Notes: a model not told the origin generated them from the sequence alone. A stretch of 34,854 bases of DNA from Reclinomonas americana ATCC 50394 (GCA_048213135.1 PS015248.1:29168-64021), one strand, 5' to 3'. Positions 11,301 through 25,450 are shown, counted from the stretch's first letter. Numbers and translations are program-made.

Positions 11301-14300
11301 TTCACTCCCTCCACCAAGATCGGCACTCGACCGGTCAGCGCACGTCGTCGACCGTGGGAGAGAGTTGCGAGCGTGAGCCTTGACTGTTATTGGATCGAGC
11401 TTGATGTACTCAACTGGATACTCTCTCTCTCTCTCTCTCTCCCTCTTCTCTCTCTCTGTGTGTGTGTGTGTGTCTCTCTCTCTGTCTCTCTCGCTTTCTG
11501 TGTCTATATCTCTCTCGCTCGTTCTCTCTCTCCCTCCCTCCCCCTCCTCTCTCTTTCTCTCTCGCTCTCTCTCTCTATGTCTCTCTCTCTCTCTCTCGCT
11601 TGCTCTCTTTCTCTCTCCGCGCTTGCAGGGTGGAGACAGCTCATCGGGCTTGGCACAAATGGACGACACGATGAAACTGGAGACGCTGGACGCGGCCTCG
11701 GCCTCGGCTGTGATTGCTGCTGGCGGTGAGAGAGTGACGCGCACGCAACACAATGTCCCCTTGCTCGACTTCTCCTGACACGCCCTCGCCAGTGGCTGCG
11801 TTGGCCAGTACTGCAACCGCACCGCCGGAGACACTTGCGCCATCACCAGCACCGACTGCGACGCCAGCTCCGACGCCAACGTCTGCAGCGGCTTCCGCTC
11901 GCCCCTCCAGCTCTGGTGGCCGTCGTCTGAAGGGTCTCGATCGGGCCGCTTCTGCCGACAAGTATCAGATGGAGCTGAAGGCTGCGGAGGTTGCGCCCAC
12001 GCGCATTCAGCCAGCTGCCGCACCAGCACCTGCGGCCCCTGTGGTTGCTCCCGCCGCACCCGCCAAGGTGTCAATTGCTGAGACAGCAGCCGCTGCCGCC
12101 CCCGCCTCGGAAGATCCGCTCCCCGTGTTGCACGCGGCCGAGAGTCGACAGTCGTCAGCCAGAGATGGTGCGTAAGAGCATGCCTTGCACAGCGCTGGCC
12201 TATCGCCGATGTTGAATTCATCATAATAGCCGCATCCATGGCCGCCATTGAATCGTCGCTGCGAGCCTCGATGCAACGCAAGGACGCCTCACCGGTGTTG
12301 TCCGAGTTGACACAAAAGCTGAGGTCGCTCGATCCGAAGAAGCAGGAGTACATGCTCAAGGTGCGTGTCTCGAATCGTCGTCTATGGTTCANNNNNNNNN
12401 NNNNNNNNNNNNNNNNNNNNNNNNNNNNNNNNNNNNNNNNNNNNNNNNNNNNNNNNNNNNNNNNNNNNNNNNNNNNNNNNNNNNNNNNNNNNNNNNNNNN
12501 NNNNNNNNNNNNNNNNNNNNNNNNNNNNNNNNNNNNNNNNNNNNNNNNNNNNNNNNNNNNNNNNNNNNNNNNNNNNNNNNNNNNNNNNNNNNNNNNNNNN
12601 NNNNNNNNNNNNNNNNNNNNNNNNNNNNNNNNNNNNNNNNNNNNNNNNNNNNNNNNNNNNNNNNNNNNNNNNNNNNNNNNNNNNNNNNNNNNNNNNNNNN
12701 NNNNNNNNNNNNNNNNNNNNNNNNNNNNNNNNNNNNNNNNNNNNNNNNNNNNNNNNNNNNNNNNNNNNNNNNNNNNNNNNNNNNNNNNNNNNNNNNNNNN
12801 NNNNNNNNNNNNNNNNNNNNNNNNNNNNNNNNNNNNNNNNNNNNNNNNNNNNNNNNNNNNNNNNNNNNNNNNNNNNNNNNNNNNNNNNNNNNNNNNNNNN
12901 NNNNNNNNNNNNNNNNNNNNNNNNNNNNNNNNNNNNNNNNNNNNNNNNNNNNNNNNNNNNNNNNNNNNNNNNNNNNNNNNNNNNNNNNNNNNNNNNNNNN
13001 NNNNNNNNNNNNNNNNNNNNNNNNNNNNNNNNNNNNNNNNNNNNNNNNNNNNNNNNNNNNNNNNNNNNNNNNNNNNNNNNNNNNNNNNNNNNNNNNNNNN
13101 NNNNNNNNNNNNNNNNNNNNNNNNNNNNNNNNNNNNNNNNNNNNNNNNNNNNNNCACACCCACGCACACACCCTCACTCACTCCTCTGCAGATGCTGGAA
13201 CGCATGGAGCAAGTGGACCTGCGCTCGTCTTCTGAATTCGAGATTCGTTTCCTCAGCAGCCTCATGGCCGAAACCGCCAAGAAGCGCAAGAGCAAGATGA
13301 AGGAGCTGTGTCTGTGTCTCAAGTCCACGTGGGGCAACGACCGCTACATTGGTCTCACCGAGGTGTGTGAGTCCGTGCAGTGACATCCGAGTCGCCTGCT
13401 TCCCCTCACAATGCTGCAGGTGGAGGTCTACGATCGGTACGACCGCAAGGTGTACATTGCCGATCAATGGCTGCGACTGCAGAATGCGGCACCGGCAGAT
13501 GGCAATCTGGCGCGCGCCGAGCACACACTCACCAAGCTCGTTAATGGGAAATTCAGGGTGAGTCCAGCAATGGTGGTCTATTGATCTGTGTGAATCGCTC
13601 ACCGATGCACTCACTCCTCAGACCACTTCCGAGCGCAACATGTTTGCGACCGACCTGCCGCCACCCGGCGCACCGCCGCTGCAGGTGATCATCTCCTTGC
13701 CGACGTCGGTGGAGGTGGCATACTTGCGGTTGTGGAACTACAACAAGACGGCGTCGGTGAGTGAGCAGTGTCGGCGGCAGTGATTCCTTTGCCAGCTGTC
13801 TGTTGACGCACGTGTGCACAGGAAATCAACAAGGGTGTGAAAGACATGGAGATACTGCTGGACGGCAACTCTGTGTGGACAGGGTGCTTGCAGCGCGGCT
13901 GCGGAACGACACACATGGACTACTCCACGGTCGCTGTGCTGAAACCGACGGCTCGAACAGATGACACCGGCAGCGAATCGGAGCGCGAATCCGACGGAGT
14001 GGAGGGCAAGACCGACGAGGAAGACACGCGCCACACACGAACCGATGCCGACCGTGCTGCGTCAACCGACCTGTCCAATCGTCGGCGACAGGCGTTTGAC
14101 TTTTTGGATCAGCAGCAAGTGGACAATCTGGCTGCCTCTGGTTGGTGCACGCCCAAAGTGTATGTGTGTGTGTTTTTCGAGGACTCACCTCCTCGATTCA
14201 CATCGCAGCGGCGACTGCAACATCTCCCAAGAGCGAACTCGACCAGCGCTCCTTGCGACTGGCCAAGGCGCACGATCAGCTCATGTCAAACACAGTGGGT

Positions 14301-17300
14301 GACGCGACTGCGGGCGGTGTGCCGTCGTGGCTGATGGACCTGGCCTCCCACAGCGAGACAGGCGAGCGGCCAGACAGCGCCGCCCTCGACGACGACGTGA
14401 TGATTGGTACGGTTGGAGCGGCGGGCCCGTCGTTCCGAGTGGGCGCCGACGATGACGCCGACCCCCTCGGCTTGCAGGGTGACGCTGCGCAGGCACGACC
14501 AAGTGCGTCGTCATCCACACACTCTCTTCTGTATAGTCCACCTCGTCTAAATCCCGTTCTTTCCTCTTTCTGCACAGCGTCGCGCTCCAAGAGGCGGCAA
14601 CAGGCGAGTGGCTCTGAGGCTCACGGAGCCCCAGCTCCCATCTCCACCGCCGCCACGAGCACGGCGGCAGTGACCGGTGGCGTAGTAAGGTTACCGGCCG
14701 AGCCCGGAAGCCCAGACGATGCACTGTCCAAGTTCAAAAAATCGCAGGCAGCTCCTGCTGCCACTACTGCTGCTACTGCCACTGAGACGGCGGAAAAGAC
14801 ACGCGGAGCTCAAAAACCGGCGGCGCGCAAGCAGGACGCAGAGGCGAACGAGGCCGACGGCGGGCGCACGCTCGAGTCGCTCAATCGGGAGGCCGAACGG
14901 CAGTTGGAGGAGGCCAAACGCGACAAGCAGCAGCGTGTCCTCGAAAAGGCACAACAAGTCGCAGCTAATGTCGCCTCGGCTGTAGCGGCGTCGGTGCACA
15001 CTGGCGGCGCATCGGAGAGCATCGTCGAGCCGTCGCCTCGTTGCGTTCCTTTTGTCGCACGCATCGATGTCGCAGTCACTGACGTGTGTGTGTGCTACTT
15101 TGTACAGTCACTGAAAGCCGACAAGCAGCGGCAGCGGCGGCTGAAGCTGTTGGTGAGAGGGAGCATTGGGGAGAGCGAATTTTTATGCACGAGACACTCT
15201 TCTCACTCTTGTGTGTTGCTGACAGATGGGAATGTGGAGAATGACTTGCCGCTCGTGGAGTTGCGTAAGCGGTGTTGCGACACGAGTGGAGCGCGGTGCG
15301 CATACAACGTGCTCACTATTCTTCGCAGTCTGTCACCCGTTGTGATTCCAGAGGAGCCATCGGGCCGCGTGCTCACCATCAAGATCTACTCCACGTGGGG
15401 TGATCCGTACTACGTCGGCATGACTGGCGTGGAGATTTTTGACAAACTCGGCAATGTTGTGCGCATCAACGATGTCGACAAGCAGGTGGGGGGTAAAGTC
15501 CGAGTCGTTTGAGGTGTGCATTCACGTTTTCTCACGGATCCTCGATCGCCACAGGTGACGGCCGATCCGTCGAGCATCAACGATCTGCCCGAGTATTCGG
15601 ACGATCCACGCACGATCGACAAGCTGTTTGACGGCGTCAACAAGACATGTGACGACTTTCACATGTGGTTGGCGCCGTTTACCAAGGGCAAGACACACTC
15701 GGTCACCATTGACTTTACACGCAGCATTTCGCTCGGCATGATCCGCTTCTGGGTGCGTCTGTTCGCTCAGTGTGTGTTTGATGGAGGGAGTGCTGACGTT
15801 GGTGGCCGCAGAATTACAACAAGAGTCGCATTCACTCGTTCCGTGGTGCACGGCACTTGGCGATCGAGCTCGACTCACTCACTGTATTCCGCGGCGAGAT
15901 CTCGGCTGCCGACGGCAGCCTGCAGCGAGCCGAGGAGAAGGCAGAAGTTGTGTGACAGTCAATGGTCTCATTGTTGGCAAATCGACTGATTCCTGCCGCT
16001 GTGCAACTGCAGTGCATTTTGTTTACGACGAAAGAGCGGACGATTCAGACGATTGAGGCGTACGATTTGCGACGCTACGTGCGCCTGAAGGAGACGATGG
16101 AGGAAATTCAGGTCGGTTTTTCTTTTCTGACAGATTGTGCTTCGCCGACACTCACCACTCGGTGCATGAACAGACCCTACAACAACAAGAAATCATTCGT
16201 GCCAGCGTGCCGAGACCACCAACTGCACAGTCGGAGAGATCACGTGACATGCCGGTGCGAAAAGCTTGCTGGCTGGCTCACTCCCTCCGCGTTCGTCCAC
16301 CTCTCATCGGCGCTCCTCCCCTCCACAGCATGCATTCGACGTGGACGTGGTAACCGGAGGCAGACCACGAACGACTGCACAGGGTCCAACCATGCCGAGC
16401 GCCGCGGAGACTGCACGATTGTTGTCGTCGGCGTATGGGCCTGAGCAGGACACCATCATGGGCGCCTCATCACTACGCCAGTTGGCGAATGACGCCACTG
16501 CCGTGTGCAAAGGCTCCTCTGTGCGGCTAGAACTGCTGGAGAGCTGGGGCGACCGCTATTATGTCGGTCTCACCGGCCTGCAAGTCCTCGTGGATGAAGG
16601 TCCGTGTGCCGCTTCTCAAGTGGCTTGTGCAGAGAGTGCGATGCTCATTTTCTTGGTGTGTGCAGACTTGCGAGCGGCTCCTGTCACCATGAACGACCTG
16701 GAGGCCGCGCCACGCGACATGAATGCGATTCCGGGGCATCGAGGAGATCCACGCACACTGGACAAGTTGCGCGCTTCCTTTGTCATTCACTCGCACACAT
16801 CGCACTCACTACGTCGTCGTTCTTGCAGGCTGCTCGACAACATCAACGTCACCGTGGACGACACGCACATGTGGCTGGTGCCGCAGACACTGTTGGAGTC
16901 GCGACCGTACATTCGAATCAAGCTGAACAGTCGGCAGTCCATCTACGGCCTGCGACTGTGGAACTACAATAAGAGCGTGGAGGACTCGTTCCGTGGTGTG
17001 AAGCGGATGCGCGTGTATGTGGACGACAAGCTGGTGACGCCAGAGGGCGGCGTGATTGTCAGAAAAGGTGAGTGTGGGCACGGTACTGTCGCCATGAGCT
17101 GAATACTGAATCCACCCCCCGTGCAGCACCGGGTCTGGATCTGTTTGACTTCTCGCAAGTGGTGCTCCTCAGTGCCAACGGCGACATCAAGGTACGCGTC
17201 ACTCTTGTTTTTCCCTGCTCTCAGTCGCCAAGAGTATTCATTCTCCGTGTGTTTGCATAGGGCGTGCTTCCGTACTCGCTGCTGCAACCCAGTGTGCGTG

Positions 17301-18263
17301 CGCACTACGTCGATCAGAACGCCAAGTACTCGCTGGAGCGTGGTGGCGGTCGCGAGCCGTGTCACAACTACGTCACGCCACTCAATCCTGTTGGCTGTTG
17401 CGTGCCGGTTGCCTTTCCTTTCCCCCTCCCGTCCATAGCTCACTGTGCGTCGCGCAGACGTGTTCAAATTTGTGCTGCGCACGACGTGGGGCGATCCGCA
17501 CTACGTCGGGCTGAACGGCGTCGAGTTGTTCGACTTGCGCGGCGAGCCAATTCCGCTCACCTACGCCAACATCATGGCCTTCCCCCGCAGCGTTTGCGAC
17601 ACGCCAGGCAATGCCGACGATGTGCGCACGGTGGACAAGCTCATCGACGGCGTCAACAACACGTGGTCCGACGAGCACATGTGGCTGGCGCCGTACACTG
17701 TTGGCGAGGTACTTGTGGAGGAGATGATTGCCACTGCTGTTCTTCAGTGTTACTCATCTCACTGTGTGCACGCGTAGGAGAACCTCCTGTTTGTGGTCTT
17801 CAACGAGCCGACGCCGGTGACCGCCATCAAAATGTGGAACTACGCCAAGACGCCGGAGCGTGGCGTGCAGGATTTTGAGTTGTACGTCGACGACCTGCTG
17901 GTGTACCAGGGAGCGCTGGTGCGGTCGCCCGTGCAAGAGGGGCGCGCACCTCCACCCGACATGGCGCAGACGGTGTTCCTCACGAGGTGTCCCACGGTGA
18001 CGGAGATTGTGGGCGGTCGCTCGGCGGCGGTCAAGGTGGGCACCACGGCGCCGAAGAGCGCCATGATCCTCGGCGCCGGCTCCCGCGGTGCGGCTGGCGG
18101 CAGGCAGCAACAAGAGGCGGCGGTCGTGGAACAGGAAGTGCTGTTTTTCAATCAGCGCAAGTTGGAGCACGGCAAGCTCGTCGATCAGGCGCCTGTGCCA
18201 ACAAGAACCGATTCGCTGGAGCGGCCGAGAACATCAGCCGGATCGCAGAAAACTGAGCTGTAA
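8342..18263 (+). CDS. KATNIP: Katanin-interacting protein (KIAA0556/JBTS26, repeated DUF4457 domains), ~30 exons
   Basis: N-terminal [15 protein letters not shown] and FEVFLSGAN. Four DUF4457-type units: [124 protein letters not shown]. Stop TAA ends at 18263. Exon 1 (8342-8372) is tentative. Confidence 0.92.
10222..10690 (-). other. KATNIP exon in reverse orientation on a gap-bounded contig
   Basis: The - strand acceptor ttcgCAG (10693-10691) joins in phase to the + strand exon ending GCT G at 10082, giving [24 protein letters not shown]...[13 protein letters not shown]. The contig is flanked by N-runs on both sides. Confidence 0.75.
11421..11617. repeat. (CT)n/(GT)n microsatellite in a KATNIP intron
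   Basis: Direct inspection. Confidence 0.9.
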
Positions 18264-18456
18264 AATGAGAGAGACGATAACTATAGCTGAAGCTTGTCAC
18301 AATCAGGGATTCCTCTTGCAAAGAACACCAGCAGATTAGATCGATTGGTCAATTGCCGTGATTGATGGGCGACCGTGACACGCGCGTGTCGTTGTGCCGA
18401 TGTCACCGACACCCATCATCACCGTTTGAGCAGCGAGAGCGCAGAGTCGGAGGGAG

Positions 18457-21400
18457 ATGGCGGCCGCCGCCAGTGAGGAAACGCGCGTGACTTCGTTTGT
18501 CCGCGTCGATCAAGTGTACGAGCACTTGACAGAGGTAACCCTCTCACACACACAAAGAGAGAGAGCAAGTCACTTACTTTCTCCTTCACACACACACACA
18601 CACAGATCTTTGACGCGCTCTTCCAAGAACGAGTTGCGTTGGACGCTCACAATGAGTGTCTCTCTCCCTCACTTTCCGCCTCACACACTCTCCTTCTTTT
18701 GCCTTGTAGGTCACTCTGCAAAAGTATGAAGAGGCCGAAGTCATCGAACGATTGTCTGAGTCGGTACAGGCGCACGTGCAGGTGGCCATTGATGACAAGG
18801 TGCTCTTACCCTCCAAGTGCTCTCTGTCACCTCTCAGCTCGCTCATTGATTGGTGTTGTGAATAAGCTCGAGCATTACACGGCCGAGTTTCTCGTCGGAA
18901 GCAATCGGTTCGGCGTGGAGGAGGTTCTGCCAATCCCCGATGTGTTCCGCCAGTCACTGGACGCGCAGCGCAAAGAGAACGCGGTCTGTCACTGAAACAC
19001 TGTCTCTCTCACTTGTTGCTGTTGTCGCTCACCCCTCTGTCTCCAGGAGCTGAAGAAGAAGATGTCGACGCAGGACTCGGTCATTGATCGCATGCACAGT
19101 CGCATTGAGAAAGTCACCGATGCGGTGCGTCCCTGGAGACCCTGTATGTATGTATGTGTGTGTTGGATGCTCATCACGGTGGAAAACAGATTGACGAGGT
19201 GCGCAAGACGCTGTACAAGGAGAACTGTTTCTTTCGTGAGCGGCTGGGATACGGGCCAGACTCGACGGCCGGTGGCGATGTGTTTACAATGTTGCACCTG
19301 GCGTTCGCGGAGTTTGGCGACGATGGGCCCGACGAGCAGGATCTCGATGCACACTTTCGTGCGCAAGTGCAGGATCTGCTGTTCAAGAAGACGCAGGAGG
19401 TGGAGAGCGAGAAGGCCAGTTTGATTCGGTATCAGAGTGAGCAGGCCAAGAAGCGCCAGCAGGCCTTCACCTCGGCACTCGAGGAGAAGGCGGCTCGTGT
19501 GCTGGAGTTGGAGAGCCTGCTCGATCGCATGCTGTCGGAGTCGTACGGCGGGCAGGCGGAGACGGCCGACCTCGAGATCCAGACCGAGGGTGTTCCGTGG
19601 GGGTACGTGACTCTGAGTTTCGCCACCGCCTCTCCCTGGCCCGACTGACTGGCATGTCTGCAGCGAGGAGGTCGAGGTGCAAACAGACCCGTGGGAACCG
19701 GAGCCGGTGATTGTGGAGAAGCTGATTGTGGTGGAGCGTCGTGTCGATGTGGGGGCAGCTGCGGCGGCGCAGCCGGGCACTGCCAGTGCGGACGACTCGC
19801 CGGCCACCGACATGGTGCCGCTCGACGCCTTTGTCTCTGCACAAGAACAGCTGGCCGAGGCCAAGGAGCAGGTGAACAAGGTGACGCAGGAGCTGGAGCT
19901 CGTGCGGCGTGACATGCGCGACGCGGCTGAGCGCAGTCGACGACAAATCGATAAGCTCAAGGCGGACTCCAAGCGCGCCGGCAAGCCTCCGTCCTCTGCT
20001 CCGGCGCGTAAGTCTCACACCGACAGTTCCGTGGAGGCTGAGAGCGACGATGCGGAGGCCGACGATGAACCGGAGACGGCGTCGGAGCCGGAGCAGCCGC
20101 GTTTCACCACGCCCAAGGAGGCCATCACGTACGAACAGAAGAAGTTTGCGGAGATGGAGAGCACTCTGCGCAACGAAATTGCGACGGTGCGCAGCGACAA
20201 GGATCGCGAGATTGCACAACTGCGGGAGCAGCTGCGCGCCAGTGAGCAAGGTTTGAGCAGTGTTGGTGTCCTTCTGTGTTTTCTCTCTTCTTCTCACCAA
20301 TTTCATGTGCAGCGGCGCAAGCGGTGAACACCGAGCTCAACGCCACGCAGTCGGCGGCCACCAAACAGCAACAAGAGGTGGCGAAGCTGCAGGCGGACCT
20401 TGCCAATGCACGGCAGCAGGCTGCTGATTTGGTTTCGGCTGCCGCCCGTCGCGCGGCCATGACCAAGTCCGCCGGCTCCACTGCCTCACTCGCGCGCTCC
20501 TCTGCCTCTGCCGGGCATGACAGCCACGGGAGTACCGACATGCCAGAGGATTACGATGACGATGTGCCGATTCCCCTCTCGGCACCCGCGCCCATCGATT
20601 TGGATCTGGACGAGGCCACTGCTCCGGTGGCGCATGATGACGAGCCCGACATTATCGCTTCGCCCATGACACCGGTGAGGTGGAGGGCGGAGAGAAGAAT
20701 GGAAAAAGAGCTATCGTCGCTTACCTTTTCTGCTCGCAGAACACACCCATGGCCTTCCGGGCGGCTTCGCCAACTGCAGCCCTGGCGCAGCACATCAAGC
20801 CAGTGAGTTTGACCATGAAGGAACTGCAACGCACAATGCTGGTGCACGCTTGCCGCACAGCTGCCGCCGTGTCGCTGCAGCGACGGGTGGCTAAATTGCA
20901 TGGTGCCAACGCACCATCCACTGGCACGGTGTCGTTGGTGTGCGTCGCGGTGGAAAACGCTTCCGATTTGGTTTGTCTGTCGTGGTACTCTCTCGCGCAC
21001 CTGCGCTCGTCGATGTGTGACTGACAGCAAGTGCCCACAGTGGAATGAGTGCCCCGGAGCCATGTTCCAGGCGACGCTTATGTCGGGCGAGATTATGGTT
21101 CACCAACTGGGTCAGGTGCGTAAGGAGGCAAAGGAACGCGCTGCTCCCACTCTCAGTGCTCACTATTCCTGCTTCGCAGTGCAATGGATTCATGGCCAGA
21201 AGCGACGCCGGCCGGCCGGTTATGGTGTTCCGCACGCTGGTCGACGCCATGAACTTTTGTCTGCGAACTCAGGTGTGTTCTCGCGCGCACAATATCGCCG
21301 TCTTGTGCGTTCTTACTGATCACCTTGGCAGCTGGCGCATGTGGCCGCGGAATGGCCCGAGCCCATATTACATTCGAGCTTGTGCCCGCTCGTGTCGTCC

Positions 21401-24400
21401 GCCTCGGCCTCTTCCAAGTTGCGTTGCTCCGTGTGATGCACGCCGATAGTCTTTACACACTCACTCTCCCCGTGCAGGTCGGCGTTCCGTGGCTTACGGT
21501 TGCGCATGGCGGTCCATACCGACACCGCAGTGATTGCGCCTGACGTGTCGTCCAGCTTGGTGGTTGTCGGCGGTGACGTTCAGCCATTCTGCACGCAGCT
21601 TACCGGTTTGCAGTGGATTCCCCTTTCGTTATTGAGTGTTTGGTTCTCACTCCCGGATCGTCTGGCAGATGTGGCATTCGGCGGTCAGATTGTGCTCAGC
21701 AGCACAGTGGCGAGTGCCGTGCGCAACGGCAGTGGCACAACCGGACTTGATTTCTCACTCACCGTCAAGCCGCACAGCCGGCAGCTGCAGGCACGCTTGC
21801 CTTGCCGTCCACGCGCTGCAACACTCAGTCACTCACTCACTCACCAACTTGGTGTGTGCCTCTTCGCGCAGCTTCTGAGTGCCATGGAGTCACCAGATGC
21901 GATGCTGCTGGTGCCCGGCGAGTTGGCGCACCGCAAATTTGAACCTGTGACACCGGTGCCGGTCGCACTGCGCGATATGCAGAATCCGATTCAGGAGCTG
22001 TACTGCATCCAACGAGCGTGGGAGAATGCGCAACACGATCTGAGGTGTGCAATTGCCGGCGTTCGTCTCGTTGATCAGCGACTGGGTCTGATTTATCTGT
22101 CCAGAAAACTCATTGCTGCCGCGCGGAGCGAGCCTGAGGTCCTGCGCGAACGTCAGCTGCACGACATGGCGGTGCTGCTCGAGAGGCTGCTGAGTACGGT
22201 GGCGGATGTGGGGATGCAGGGAGGGTTTGTGAGCGCGCAGTTGATGTCGCGATGCATTGCTGGTACACTCACCCCTCTGCACAGCGTCGTGGAGCATGGA
22301 GGCACAGTACCGCCTGGCTCTGAGTCACAACTCCAGGTGCAACCACAACAACAACACCTTCTGCAGCAGCCGCGATCTGGTCGAGGACCGGGTGGAAACA
22401 TGGTGGAGGTTGGCGCTCACCTGCCTCTGTATTGTTCAATTGTTCGTGGCGTGTATTTCACACCCGCACCATCGCGCAGACTGCCTCCTCGCCGATTCAC
22501 GTCATGCTGAGTGGTCGAATACCGGCAACAGATCCCCACGGCATTCCGTATTCTTCGTCGACCGATGATTTGCTGGATCACTCGGTGCGTTCGTGTGGGG
22601 CGAGCTGCACACGCACACACATTTTGTCGCTAACTGGTGGTTCTGTCTGTGGGCGCGGCAGTCGGTGAATTCCATGCCGCAGTACGATGCACGAGATGTT
22701 GCGTGCGATGAAAAGTGTCTGTTCCGCCTTTTTGCCAGCTTGCCTCCTCATCGTGTTGCGCACAATAGGCTGGCTCCTCTCCCATGCCGCGTGCCGATCA
22801 ACGAGATGTTGCGATTTCAGTACGCGCGTACTTCATTGTGTGCTGTTGCAGCTCACTATCAATCCATGCAGGCCATGCTCTCACCGATGAGTTTCGACAA
22901 TGGTGATGCCGGCAGCTTGAGTGACGGATCGTACTTGCCGCCATCTCCGATGGCAATGCGACGGCGAAGCCTGGAGACAGCGTCGCCACACGCGCTCATT
23001 GAGGGCCAGCCGGCCGATGATGATCAGTCGGCTGCTTTCGAGAGTGGCAGCGAGCAGGTCGACAGTGTGGCCGACGGCAGTCAAGAACACGAGGCTGGAC
23101 CCTCGCGCTGGCGCAATGCTCCCGGCATGCTGCGCACGACGGGAGTTTCGTGCCATTATTTTGTTCTCGGTGTTATATTTCTTCCCTTTTGCAGTTGCTC
23201 ACGGCATGTTTGCATGTGTAGGATGACTGGGCCGATTTCTCGAGTGGCCCTCCAAGGTTTGTCCTTGCGCTCTCCCGTGCTGTCGAATGAACTCACTGAC
23301 TGACCTCGTCACAGTGAGCCACTGTTCTCCTATCCGGTACCGAACTCGGCGGTGCGGGATTCGGCGCGCTCAGTGCCCATGTCGCACCAGTCATCGTCTC
23401 CGATTGCCGCCGTGCAGCCTTCGTCGGGACGCCGTGGCATCGACACTGTGTCGGCTGTGTCGCTGGAGGACCATGATGTGCCGGTGGAGGAGGATGCGCA
23501 CCTGGCGCACAACAAGAGACCGCTGAGTTCACCGGGTCACATTATTGCGCTGCTGCGTGCCACAAACGCCGCCGAGCAGCAACAGCAAATGCTGCTGCAG
23601 CAAAACCAAGTATCGTCCTCGGCTCGCGGCTCTGGACGGCGCCAGAAGGACACATCGAAGATCGACGAGGAGCAAGACACGGTGCAGTCGCCGTCGTCAC
23701 AGCACCAGCAGCAACTGCAACAACGTGCTTCCGCCGGTCGCTCCCACCGCGTACAGCGCAGCGTGTCACCGCTCTCACAAGCACGACAGCTGTCGCAAGT
23801 CGACACGTTTGGGCTGGCGGCCACCACCTCCACTGGTGAGGTGGTGGTGCCACCGCACACGTGGGACTACGTGCGGACGGCGCTGATGTACATGGTGCAA
23901 GATTACGAGAAAATCGCGGAGAGAGCAGGCGAACCGGAGGAAAAGTGGAGGCGCAAACTGGACGCGGCGCGGCAGGCACTGACGCTCGTCATGAATCCGC
24001 TTCCAGGGTACGTCGAATTGGTGGCGAGGGGGGGGGCAAGTGTTTGCTCGTCTGGTCACTGACGTGCTTTTGTATACGTGCACACAGGGCGAACCCAATC
24101 TCCCTTCCCAGCGACAGCAAGATCACGCACGCAGCCGATCTTCTCGGTCCACCGCACTGGTGGGACGTGGCAAAACGAGCCACAACACCACCGGCCGCCG
24201 TCGACGAGTTGCTGCCGTCGGCCGACTCGCAGCAGAGTGAGGCGCTGCAGAGATTGGCGGAAGAGCGGCGAAAACTGCACGAACGACGCGTGCAGCTGAC
24301 GTTGCGTTGTGTTGACGAAAGAGGTGGTTGCTGCGTTCGTTTTTTTTCGCTGATTTCGTGTTCTCGTCGCAGGGAGGAGATTTTGAGCGAGATTCTCGAC

Positions 24401-25450
24401 TTTGACCGCACGCACGATCTCGTTCTCAACCCCAAGGTGCGCCATGTTTTCATTATAGTCACTCTGTGTCTCAGTTGCCTGAACCTCCACTACAGCGCTT
24501 CCTCAAACCGTGGCGCTCGATTGCATTGGATCCGCTGGACGCACGCCATTCCCCACTTCCGGCCTCCACCGAGCTTGCCACCGGTCCACCCGGTACTCTC
24601 CTGCAAGTGCGCCAGCCGCGCACGCCGCTGATTCCGCCGGTGGGTGGCACTCCGCACCCGCGACCCACGGTCAAGTTCGTCACCCCGCCCCCGGAGCCGG
24701 CAGTCGATCACAGTGCGCAGCTGTCGGCTGCGTCGAGTCGCAATCCGGCCAGCATGCCATCGCCGTGGCTGCACAACGATGGTCGCTCCAGTGCTCCGCG
24801 CACGCCGTCGACCGACGGCGCACCACCGATGGATCTGGACGAGCTGCAGGAGACGCCGGCCAAGGAGGGACAGGGCTCGGCGCCACCGTCGCCGACCAAG
24901 GTGTCGTTCCTGTCACCGACACGACGCACGCCGAGTACACGCGAGGTGATGGCCAGCATCAACGCATCGTCTCAAGATGTGCAAGACTTTTTGCGGCCGC
25001 CCACCACGCGACCGATCAAACCGATGCACGCACCTCTGGCGCCGGCCCTCTCGCCCGTGATTTCACTGTCGCCGCTGGATGTGGTTCGCGACACGCGCAC
25101 CAGTGTGCCGGAGAGCGACATGTCGGTGCGCCGCTACCACCAGGCTCGCATGACGGCCGTGCGTTTGCCGGCCGTGGATCGCGACCGCAACGACTGGGAG
25201 CACACCCGCGGCCCATCTCCGCCCCCGCACGGGCGGCCGGTGATTCGTTCCCCGCCACCCGTGTCCTTTGGCGTGCAACCGACACCTGTGAAGGAGGAGT
25301 CGCCGAGTCTCGTGTTCTCCGGCATGCGAGCTCCCACACTGAGTTGCGTCTCGCCATTTCTCAGTCATCTGCCACAGTGTGATGTCTCACTCGCTCTACG
25401 CAGCCATGCAAGACATTGCCGCCCTCCGCAACAGCGCGGCCATGAGGTGA
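18457..25450 (+). CDS. Large multi-exon coiled-coil protein with a degenerate class III adenylyl/guanylyl cyclase-like domain and a Pro/Ser-rich C-terminus
   Basis: In-phase spliced frame from ATG 18457. Cyclase-like segment ~20910-21730: APSTGTVSLVCVAVENASDLWNECPGAM...VMVFRTLVDAMNFCLRTQ....EWPEPIL...FRGLRLRMAVHT...VAFGGQIVLS. Last exon MQDIAALRNSAAMR, TGA ends at 25450. Confidence 0.75.

Noticed and set aside
3671-13383. Long ORFs containing X runs
   Set aside because: They are artefacts of translating through assembly N-gaps.
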